Assembly: GCA_964413165.1 (NCBI GenBank)
Contig: CAYPSF010000002.1
Coordinates: 7,324 to 71,323 of the forward strand
Length of the DNA stretch: 64,000 nucleotides
From: an uncultured Bifidobacteriaceae bacterium
GTDB lineage: Bacteria; Verrucomicrobiota; Verrucomicrobiia; Limisphaerales; UBA11358
Reading direction: 5' to 3'
The notes under the pieces are model-generated. The model saw only the letters and a list, made by a program, of their open reading frames with translations, ran no database searches and had not been told where the DNA came from. A program made the translations under genes and the position numbers. Below are positions 9,772 through 17,558 of this stretch, piece after piece (within the stretch, counting starts at the first letter, position 1; the number at the start of each line of letters is the position of its first letter).

Positions 9772-10998
9772 TCAATTTCGCTCCTTTTTCCCGGAAATGG
9801 CGTGCAACCGGTGCAGCGTTTCCAGGCACATGCGCGTCCCGTGATACGGACCTTTCCATTCACTGACCTTGGGCAGGGTTTGATCCACTGCGCCTTCCGG
9901 CGTGATCCGCCAGAACCACTCGCCCTGGGCACGGTCCACCAGTTTTTGATCGATGAAATCCCAGGCGCGCCAGGCGGCCTCGGCAAATTTCGCGTCACCG
10001 GAAAGCTGGAAAGCGTTGAGAAAACCGATCACCGCCTCGGCTTGCGGCCAGCATTCCTTGCCGCCATCAACGATTTTGCCGCCTTTCCCCTCGTAACGAA
10101 GCGCGCCATCGGTATCAATGCCTTCCCGCAGCACCACCTCCGCCATGCGCAGAGCGACGGCCTGGACCCGTTTGAGCAAATCGTCATCACCCAGCGTTTC
10201 TGCAGCTTCACACAGCAGCCAAGTGGCCTCGATGTCGTGACCGAAGGTATAGGTATCTGAGCGCACGCGCCATTGCTCGTTAAAAAAGTGATGAAGATGC
10301 AGGGTACGGGGATCGAGGATGCGCTGCTCGAAGAGGCCGATCAATTCCCGCAGCCGTTGCTCGACGCGCGGTTCCTGCCAAACCCGGTACAGATTCGTGT
10401 AAGCCTCCAGGAGATGCAGGTGGTTGTTCATGGACTTCTTCTCGTTCATGTCCTTGTCGCTGAGCCGCGCATCGGACCCGGCGGGCGTCCAGTCGCGCAG
10501 GCATACCTCGAAATAGCCGCCTTGTTCGGCGTCATGCGCGTGCCGCTCGATCGATCCGAAGAGGTCAATGGCCCGCGCCAGTGTCTCCGGCGCGCCAAAA
10601 GCCCGGCGATATTCCGCCAGGGCGTAGACGTAGAACGCCTGGCCATAGATTTTTTTGGAATCGTCCAGCACGCGCCCGGTGTCGTCCAGCCGCCAGTATG
10701 CGCCGCCAAACTGCGCGTCCCAGAACCGGTTCATGACGTAATCCCGCGCGCGATCGGCCATCTGTTTGTACCGGGGCTCAGGCCGGACCTGATGCACGGC
10801 TGAAAACGCCCAAAGAATGCGGCAGTTGATGATGAGTCCCTTGGGTTGCGTACGATCGGGCTTGAGATCGTTGGACAGCCAGCCCATCCAGCCGCCCTGC
10901 TCCGGGTCCAGGGCCGGGCCGCACCAGAACGGCATGATGTGGCCGAACAACTGATCGCTGATGCGCTGTGAAAAGTCCTTTAATTCGTTTGAATTCAT
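9772..10998 (-). CDS. AGE-family epimerase (cellobiose/mannobiose 2-epimerase-like), cytoplasmic
   Basis: (alpha/alpha)6-barrel AGE blocks: YGQAFYVYALAEY, NNHLHLLEAYTNLY, GHDIEATWLL and WPQAEAVIGF. No signal peptide. Confidence 0.8.
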   Translation of the reverse strand: MNSNELKDFSQRISDQLFGHIMPFWCGPALDPEQGGWMGWLSNDLKPDRTQPKGLIINCRILWAFSAVHQVRPEPRYKQMADRARDYVMNRFWDAQFGGAYWRLDDTGRVLDDSKKIYGQAFYVYALAEYRRAFGAPETLARAIDLFGSIERHAHDAEQGGYFEVCLRDWTPAGSDARLSDKDMNEKKSMNNHLHLLEAYTNLYRVWQEPRVEQRLRELIGLFEQRILDPRTLHLHHFFNEQWRVRSDTYTFGHDIEATWLLCEAAETLGDDDLLKRVQAVALRMAEVVLREGIDTDGALRYEGKGGKIVDGGKECWPQAEAVIGFLNAFQLSGDAKFAEAAWRAWDFIDQKLVDRAQGEWFWRITPEGAVDQTLPKVSEWKGPYHGTRMCLETLHRLHAISGKKERN

Positions 10999-11011
10999 GC
11001 GGAAGCGTTGC

Positions 11012-12853
11012 CTATTTCGGTTCCGCGGCGTGGCTGATTTCCACCCGCCCGACCTGGGTTTCGCCGGTCAGTTCAATCTTCAGAAACCGCTCATCGCCAC
11101 CTGGGTTTTCCGCGCGGTAGAGCACCGGCTTCCAATAATTATAGTCACCGGCACCCTCAAAGTAAATTTCCCGGGTAGCGGTGACGGCGCGGTACGTTTT
11201 GCCATCCGCCGAGACTGCAAACTTCGGGTCCGCGACGTCCCCGGGGAAAAAAACAAACACGCGGAAACCTTCTATTGCCGTGGGCAGCCGGTAAGTCAGC
11301 GCGTCCCCGGTATTGCCGGCAGCGCGATGCGCGTCTTCCTTGGCCTTGCGGCAGTCACGCGTTTTAATTTCCAGTTTACCCTCCCGGTCGCTGACTTTTG
11401 AGAAATCGCCCAGCTCATCCACCAGGGTTGCGTGCGTGATCTTGACCGGCCCGACCACGTTGGAAGGTTCCGAGACGCCGGTCGCATTGTTCGCGCGGAC
11501 GCGATAATACCAATCGCCGGCCGGCGCCGATTCGTCGGCAAACAGCGGGCGATATTGCACGAAGCTCTCGTCGATCCCCTGCCCGGCCACGCCCCAGGGT
11601 CCGGCCGCGCCCGGTGCGCGCTCGACCGTGTAACTGGCGGCGCCCACGGAACCCTGCCACGAAATCGCCGCCGCATCCGTGATCGGCAGCAAGGCAGGCG
11701 GCGCGGGAATCGGAACCGGTGACGGCAGCGCACCACGAATGGCGAAGGCGTTTCGACGAACCAGGTTCATCAGATTGGTTTCGTCATAGGCGGCGCCGAG
11801 GGTTGAACCCGGCCAGTGGAAAGCCTTGTAAGTATTGTTGCCGTACGGTTCGCTGTGCCAATAGAAACCGCCCTCGTGATCGCGAAAACGCAGGCTCCAG
11901 AGCAGCCCGCCGGCTGCGCCGGTGTCCCGGATCGCCTGCATGGTCTCCCCCATTTTCTCAGTGCTCACGAAACCGAATTCGCCGATAACGTAAGCTTTTT
12001 TGCCTTTCGCCTTTGCCCAATTTTCACGAATGAACTGGTCGAATGAATTCGTCCGGCGCGGATTGGGATAATGATGGGTCGTGACCACGTCGATTTCCGG
12101 CAACGCCAGGGATTCCGGACGCAGTTCCGCGGCATTGAAGCCGTCCATGACCAGGTGATGGGTATCGAGACTTTTGATGTACGCGGCGATTTCACGCGTC
12201 CAAGCCGGCGGCGACGCCAGTTCGTTGCCGGTTTCCCAGCACAGAACCGCCGGGTCATCGGCATAGCGCACGCCGGTCAGCGTATTGGTGCGGGTCAGGA
12301 CAAAGCGGATGGTTTCCTTGAAGTCGGCAATGATCTGTGGGTCGGTCCAGAAATCGTCCTTGGTTTTGCCGCGCCAGCCGGCGTATTCGGCCCGGCCACC
12401 CTGCCAGCTCCAGTTGTCCACGAGCGGAATGATGAGTCGGACGCCCTGTTCATTGGCAATCTTGAGCGCGAGGTCAAACGAACGGAAGGCTTGCTCGTTG
12501 AACTTGCCCGGGCCGAGGACGTGCCGCGGCGTGCCGGGCGCGTCATTGGTGCGCTGGACCGTGATGGCATAGGCGCGCACAACCCTGCCGCCCATCTGAC
12601 GCACGGTGGCCAGCGCATCCGTCAGTTCAAATGCATCCGGCAGGCGCCAGGGATTGGTTTGGGTAAACGGCACGTTGTCTTCGATCATCAACAGATTGGG
12701 GATGTTGAAGGAGATGAAGCGAAACGGCCTGTCGCCCTCCATCAATTGGTCACCACGAACGGTGACAAAACCATGCAGCACCGATTCCGCGCGGGCCGCC
12801 GGGGCGGCGAGCAACAGGAGCAACGCAGTTGAAAACAGGGAAAGGGTTTTCAC
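11012..12853 (-). CDS. Secreted GH5 (mannanase-like) with C-terminal Fn3-like and beta-sandwich (CBM-like) domains
   Basis: GH5 blocks IPLVDNWSWQGG, CWETGNELASP and YVIGEFGF. The start is uncertain. GTG at 12853 gives a canonical signal peptide (KTLSLFSTALLLLLAAPAARAE), whereas the ORF-track ATG at 12964 adds 37 non-signal residues. Confidence 0.75.
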   Translation of the reverse strand: MKTLSLFSTALLLLLAAPAARAESVLHGFVTVRGDQLMEGDRPFRFISFNIPNLLMIEDNVPFTQTNPWRLPDAFELTDALATVRQMGGRVVRAYAITVQRTNDAPGTPRHVLGPGKFNEQAFRSFDLALKIANEQGVRLIIPLVDNWSWQGGRAEYAGWRGKTKDDFWTDPQIIADFKETIRFVLTRTNTLTGVRYADDPAVLCWETGNELASPPAWTREIAAYIKSLDTHHLVMDGFNAAELRPESLALPEIDVVTTHHYPNPRRTNSFDQFIRENWAKAKGKKAYVIGEFGFVSTEKMGETMQAIRDTGAAGGLLWSLRFRDHEGGFYWHSEPYGNNTYKAFHWPGSTLGAAYDETNLMNLVRRNAFAIRGALPSPVPIPAPPALLPITDAAAISWQGSVGAASYTVERAPGAAGPWGVAGQGIDESFVQYRPLFADESAPAGDWYYRVRANNATGVSEPSNVVGPVKITHATLVDELGDFSKVSDREGKLEIKTRDCRKAKEDAHRAAGNTGDALTYRLPTAIEGFRVFVFFPGDVADPKFAVSADGKTYRAVTATREIYFEGAGDYNYWKPVLYRAENPGGDERFLKIELTGETQVGRVEISHAAEPK

Positions 12854-13173
12854 GGACAGATTCCGGATTAAAACGTCCCCGGCCGATATCTGGTTACGCG
12901 CAAAGCTTCGGACAAGGAAACACCGTTTGGGCTCAGGGGGCATTGCATTTGGTGATGTTGCCAAGCCGTCTCCGGGTTTTCGAGGGGATTTAAGTCATCT
13001 ATTTTGGGGACAAGGCCATCTCGCGGAAGTTTTCCCGGTTGACCCGGGCGCAGCCATGTCTTATGCCGTTACCCCATGGAAAGGCGCAATTGGATTTTCC
13101 CGGTCAGGCCTCGATTATCCGATCGCAGGGAAATCTTTCCATACGATTAGGTTGTTAGACCTCTCAAGACACC

Positions 13174-13875
13174 ATGCGTATTTTATGGTTCATCGCTCTT
13201 GTAGCAGTCGTATCCGGATGTGCTCCGAAGTCCAGTACCAGTACCGAGCGTGCACCCAGCATCACGAACGAGACTGTTGTTCTCGACGAGGCCAAAGTTC
13301 TTGCGATTGCCCGACAGGCCATTTCCACGAATGACAGCGAGCCAGCGCGGATTCTTCAAGATGTCCAGCGAGTTGTGCCGGCTGTTTCAGCTCCTGCGTC
13401 AGAGAGTGAGACGCTAGCGCTTCTACCGGCACATTTCTCCGATAGTAATTCCAAGGTCGGGGGCCCGGTTGGGCGCGGCTTGTCCGGTGAGGATCTATAT
13501 TTGTTTCCGGACCGCTCATACCTTTACCTCCGATGGGCAGATATTCTGCCGCCGACTATTTTTGACAGAGGCACATGGTTGTTCGGGAATAACGTCATGT
13601 CTCTGCAGAGCGACCATTCTGTCCCTCAGCGGGATTTTCCTAAGGACAGTCGCTTTGTTCCGCTTTACTACACGATTTCTGGCAAGCGCACATTGTTGTT
13701 GATGGGAGCGAGTTGGAATTTCTCTTACTTCGAGAAGAAGGCGAAGACGAATGATGATTTCATGCTTTTTCTCTGCACACTTACGCACATTGAACCCATC
13801 GAACCAGTGAATGCAGAAACGTTACAAAAAAAGATCTATGCGGATAGTTGGAAACCAATATTTTTCAGCAAGTAA
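13174..13875 (+). CDS. Hypothetical lipoprotein, no family recognised
   Basis: Lipobox MRILWFIALVAVVSGC. It lies on the opposite strand to all neighbours and looks more AT-rich by eye than the flanking genes. Confidence 0.55.
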   Translation: MRILWFIALVAVVSGCAPKSSTSTERAPSITNETVVLDEAKVLAIARQAISTNDSEPARILQDVQRVVPAVSAPASESETLALLPAHFSDSNSKVGGPVGRGLSGEDLYLFPDRSYLYLRWADILPPTIFDRGTWLFGNNVMSLQSDHSVPQRDFPKDSRFVPLYYTISGKRTLLLMGASWNFSYFEKKAKTNDDFMLFLCTLTHIEPIEPVNAETLQKKIYADSWKPIFFSK

Positions 13876-13907
13876 GTGCTCTAACCAATCGCTAGCGGGC
13901 CGTCAGC

Positions 13908-14642
13908 CTACTTCAGCATCTCGTCGAGCGGAGTAACCATGGCGTTGGCCCAGGTTTGGTAGCCCTTCTCATTTGGATGCAGCAGATCGGGCATGATGTC
14001 CCGCGAAAGCGTGCCATCGGGACCCAAGAACCTGGGACCAAGGTCCATGAACTTCACCGTTTTCCCGTCAGCCAGCTTCGCGAGTTGAGCATTGACCTCC
14101 TTAAGTTGGACGCGGACCGGGTCGTTCGTTTGTCCGCGCGGGAAGATGCCGAGCAGCAGGATTTTGCTTTCCGGCAGCCGGGTGCGCAGTTCCCGAACGA
14201 TGGTGGCCACGCCTTCGATGAGTTCGGGCGTGGTATTCCGGGGTTTGCCGTCGTCTTCGTTGCCACAATTGTTCGTTCCGATGAGCAGCACGATGGCTTT
14301 GGGCTTGATGCCGTCGAGTTCGCCGTGCCCGATGCGCCAGAGCACATTCTGGATGCGGTCATAGCCGATGCCGAACTCGGCGGCGTGACGCGGCGCGTAA
14401 TATTTGTTCCAGACATTCAGCCCGCCTTTGTCCCAGAGCCAGCCGGCGGTGATGGAATCGCCCAGGAACAACAGATCCACCCCACCCTGCCTGGCACGCG
14501 CCACAAAGGCCTCGTGTATCGACATCCAGTTGGTCGGAACGGTCATCCGGGGCACGGGAATGATGGCGGTATTTTCGGCCGGGGCCGGGACCGCCAGGAA
14601 CGAGGCCAGGGCAAATGCAGGAATAAGAAAACGCCGTTTCAT
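13908..14642 (-). CDS. SGNH/GDSL hydrolase (probable carbohydrate acetylesterase), secreted
   Basis: Signal peptide. Block I FLGDSITAGW, block III GTNN and block V DLLHPNEKGY. Confidence 0.8.
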   Translation of the reverse strand: MKRRFLIPAFALASFLAVPAPAENTAIIPVPRMTVPTNWMSIHEAFVARARQGGVDLLFLGDSITAGWLWDKGGLNVWNKYYAPRHAAEFGIGYDRIQNVLWRIGHGELDGIKPKAIVLLIGTNNCGNEDDGKPRNTTPELIEGVATIVRELRTRLPESKILLLGIFPRGQTNDPVRVQLKEVNAQLAKLADGKTVKFMDLGPRFLGPDGTLSRDIMPDLLHPNEKGYQTWANAMVTPLDEMLK

Positions 14643-14730
14643 GCGGCGATGTTACCGTTCGAAATGACAAAAGCAACCGGCCGGAGCAGCCGGGCGTGAA
14701 ATTATGCCTGCGACAAACAACTGGTTTGTT

Positions 14731-14875
14731 TCCTTCTCCCTGCCCAAGCGGAGAGAGGGTGTCGCGAAGCGACCGGAGAGGGGAGCTTATGGAACCGGAG
14801 CCGAAACTCTTTACCTTTAGTGAAATCAGCACCACCCTCCCCGACCCTCTCCCCCGCTGCGCGGCGGAGAGGGGG
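14731..14875. repeat. GC-rich REP-like structured element (GGAGAGGGG / CCCTCTCC motifs)
   Basis: Hairpins GTCGC-GAA-GCGAC (14761-14773) and CCCTCTCC-N13-GGAGAGGG (14845-14873). The left-half GGAGAGAGGGTG is partly complementary to the right-half CACCCTCC. Non-coding spacer between two minus-strand genes. Confidence 0.35.
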
Positions 14876-14998
14876 ATGGCGGTCTGCCTCAATCGTTACT
14901 CAGTTTGTCAAAGGCATAATCCCGATCGGGTGTGTCGCAAGTTTGTGTTTCACCCGCCTTCGCGGCTTTCGGCAAATAACTGACCACCAATGCCGTTT

Positions 14999-17443
14999 TC
15001 AACGCTGCAAGCGGTAAAGCCCCTGGCCGTTGGTCGCGGACATGGTGAGCTGCCATTGGTCGCTGAGGAGAGTCGGAGGCTGGACCACCGGGTTCCAGGC
15101 GGCGCCCAGGGCGGGAGCGGTTTGCAGCCCGAAGCCGGCAGCCCACGACGGCCAGGAAAAGGTGAGGCTGGCGGCGGCATTGGATTGGACCAGCGCGACC
15201 GGCAACGCGAGCGCGTCGGGGCCAAACGTGTCATTGGCGGCGATTTCCTCCGGCGTTAGGCGGCCATCGTAGATGCGCAGCTCATCGATCGTTGCGTTGA
15301 GCCAGCCGTCGGAGCTGAAAAACGAACGGCCGATGAATGACCAGGCCGTGCTGACGCCGTTCAGCGCCGGCAGCGCGTTGGTGACAGCACTCTGGAGCAC
15401 GGCATTGGTGTAAATGGCGCAGTAGCCGTTGGCCGGGTCCAGGATGCAGACCACATGGACCGCACGGTTGTCCAGCGTGCCGGCAGGATCAAAATTGACG
15501 GTGGAAGCCGCCGTGGAAATGCCGAAACGCTGACCGCCGACGGAAGTGTGCGGGCTGTAAGAAACGTAATTTTGTCCGCTGCCGCCGAAGATGTTGCCGA
15601 AAGCAAACACCCGCGCCCAATCGGCATTCGCGCCAAACGTGGCCCAGAATTCGACCGTCAGCGCCGAACTGCCCGAGACCAGACCGCCGGGCAGATTGAC
15701 ATAATCGCCGGCGGAGCCGGTGAGATTGAGCGCAGTATTCGTCACGAGGGCATTACCCATCAGTGTGCCGTGCGCCATGCCGATGGAATCCCAAGCATTG
15801 CTGGTAAAACTGTAACGGTGGGCCAATGCCGGCTGGGCCCAGGCGAGGTCCTGGATTTCCGCGTCGCTCAACGCCCGGCCAAAGATCCGAAACGAACTGA
15901 TCTCGCCGGAAAACAACGGGTCGGGAAACTGGCTTTTGCCGAGGTAATTATTCTTCGCCAGAATCTGCCACGGGCGGATGGTCAGGGCGCTGTTGGTGGC
16001 CAGGGGCTTGCCATCGAGATAAAGCACTCCCCTGGCCCCGTTCAATGTAACGGCAACGTGGACCCAGGAATTGGTCGGCAGCGCGGACGGCGCGTTGATC
16101 TGCTGCTCTCCCGCAGTGCCATTGGTCGTGATGGCAAAACGCATCAGGCCGCCGCCGGCCCGCGGGCTGAGGAAAAAGTAATTGGTCGTGCTGGAGCCAA
16201 AATCGAAAATCCGCTGCCAGTCCGCGCCGCCGCGCCATTTGACCCACGCGGCAAACGTGCTGGCGTTGGCCACGGAAAGCGGGAGGGTAACATAGTTGGT
16301 CACCCCGTCGAGATTCAGCGCCTTGCCGCGCGCCGGCTCGTTGGTGATCGACGGATTGTTCCGCAGCGTGCCGTTGTAAAGAGCAAGGTGCTCACCGGCA
16401 CCGGAACTAAGCGGATAAAATGCGCTCCAGTCGTTGGTCAACACCGGCCAGCCGTCGGCGGACCAGTAAACCTGGTTCATGCCCACCGTGGCCGCGCCGT
16501 TGTTCTTGCCGTCGTAATAGTGGTAGGTGAACCAGTTGGTGCCGTTGTCGTTCATGATGGCGGGATGGCCCGGGCCGATGTAGCGCGCGGTGCTTTCGAG
16601 CACCATCGTGCCGCCGCCACTGACCATATTGCTTCCGTTCCGGTCGAAATAGGGCCCGGTGACAATGGCGCTGCGGCCTACACGAATGTTGTAGGTGCTG
16701 TTCACGCCGGCGCAACAGCCGCCGAAGTTGACGAACAAATAATAGTAGCCGCCGTGCTGGTAAAGGCAGGAACCTTCCTCGGTATTGCTGAAAAACACCC
16801 GGCCGTTGTTGGCCACCCGGTAGATCGTGGAATTGGGGGCGATGCGTTTGCCCGTGGACGGATCCAGTTGCATGATCAGGATGCCGTCCGAATACGAACC
16901 GAAGGACATCCACACCGTGCCGTTGATGTCCACCAGGATGCTCGGGTCAATGCAGTTGTAGGCGGTGAGGTCGGTGGTGGCGTTTGTTGCAAAATTCGGA
17001 TTGGACTGGATGACTTTCCCCTGATCCGTCCAAACCGGTGAACCCAGCGAAGGCGACGTGACGAGGCCGATGGCGGAATTGATGGTTCCAAATATTGAAC
17101 AGACATAATAAAGGTTATATCGCCCGTTGAAGTAAGCGGTGTCCGGTGCCCAGTTGTAACCGGTGAAGCCAGGGACGGCGTTCGTCGTCCATGCCGGCGG
17201 GTTGCCGGGAAAAATCGGGCTGGTCGCACTCCAATTGCGCAAGTCGGTAGAAGTAATTCCTGAGATACCCTGGCCGTCGCCGTAAATGAAATATGAATTC
17301 CCATCCTTGATCATCGTGCCCGGGTCATGCAGAAAGTAACTGCCGAAAAAAGGTATCTGGGCATTGACCGTCTGTCCATAAAGCAACACCAGGAGGGATA
17401 ATGCTGCCGGCCGCAATCCAGGTACGAAGTTCTTAATTTGCAT
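14999..17443 (-). CDS. Secreted GH43 (arabinanase-like) fused to two LamG-like domains and a C-terminal FYRL-type domain
   Basis: GH43 blocks HDPGTMIKDGNSYFIYG, NWAPDTAYFNGRYNLYY and SAIGL. Two LamG_3-like repeats (FAAWVKWRGGADWQRIFDFG / VEFWATFGANADWARVFAFG). Ends in ...LTFSWP...GLYRLQR. Start at ATG 17443 precedes the signal peptide. Confidence 0.85.
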   Translation of the reverse strand: MQIKNFVPGLRPAALSLLVLLYGQTVNAQIPFFGSYFLHDPGTMIKDGNSYFIYGDGQGISGITSTDLRNWSATSPIFPGNPPAWTTNAVPGFTGYNWAPDTAYFNGRYNLYYVCSIFGTINSAIGLVTSPSLGSPVWTDQGKVIQSNPNFATNATTDLTAYNCIDPSILVDINGTVWMSFGSYSDGILIMQLDPSTGKRIAPNSTIYRVANNGRVFFSNTEEGSCLYQHGGYYYLFVNFGGCCAGVNSTYNIRVGRSAIVTGPYFDRNGSNMVSGGGTMVLESTARYIGPGHPAIMNDNGTNWFTYHYYDGKNNGAATVGMNQVYWSADGWPVLTNDWSAFYPLSSGAGEHLALYNGTLRNNPSITNEPARGKALNLDGVTNYVTLPLSVANASTFAAWVKWRGGADWQRIFDFGSSTTNYFFLSPRAGGGLMRFAITTNGTAGEQQINAPSALPTNSWVHVAVTLNGARGVLYLDGKPLATNSALTIRPWQILAKNNYLGKSQFPDPLFSGEISSFRIFGRALSDAEIQDLAWAQPALAHRYSFTSNAWDSIGMAHGTLMGNALVTNTALNLTGSAGDYVNLPGGLVSGSSALTVEFWATFGANADWARVFAFGNIFGGSGQNYVSYSPHTSVGGQRFGISTAASTVNFDPAGTLDNRAVHVVCILDPANGYCAIYTNAVLQSAVTNALPALNGVSTAWSFIGRSFFSSDGWLNATIDELRIYDGRLTPEEIAANDTFGPDALALPVALVQSNAAASLTFSWPSWAAGFGLQTAPALGAAWNPVVQPPTLLSDQWQLTMSATNGQGLYRLQR

Positions 17444-17477
17444 GCTGTTATGACGTTCGTGCCGCAGCACAATCACC

Positions 17478-17500
17478 GCTGCAATATCCAATATTGCAGC
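17478..17500. promoter_or_regulatory. Perfect 10-bp-stem palindrome in the GH51/GH43 intergenic spacer (operator or intercistronic hairpin)
   Basis: GCTGCAATAT-CCA-ATATTGCAGC. No U-tract. It lies 35 nt upstream of ATG 17443. Confidence 0.35.
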
Positions 17501-17558
17501 GAAGAAACAAACGCCACTTTGCGAAACAAAACCACCAGAATGCGAACGGGGGGATGCC

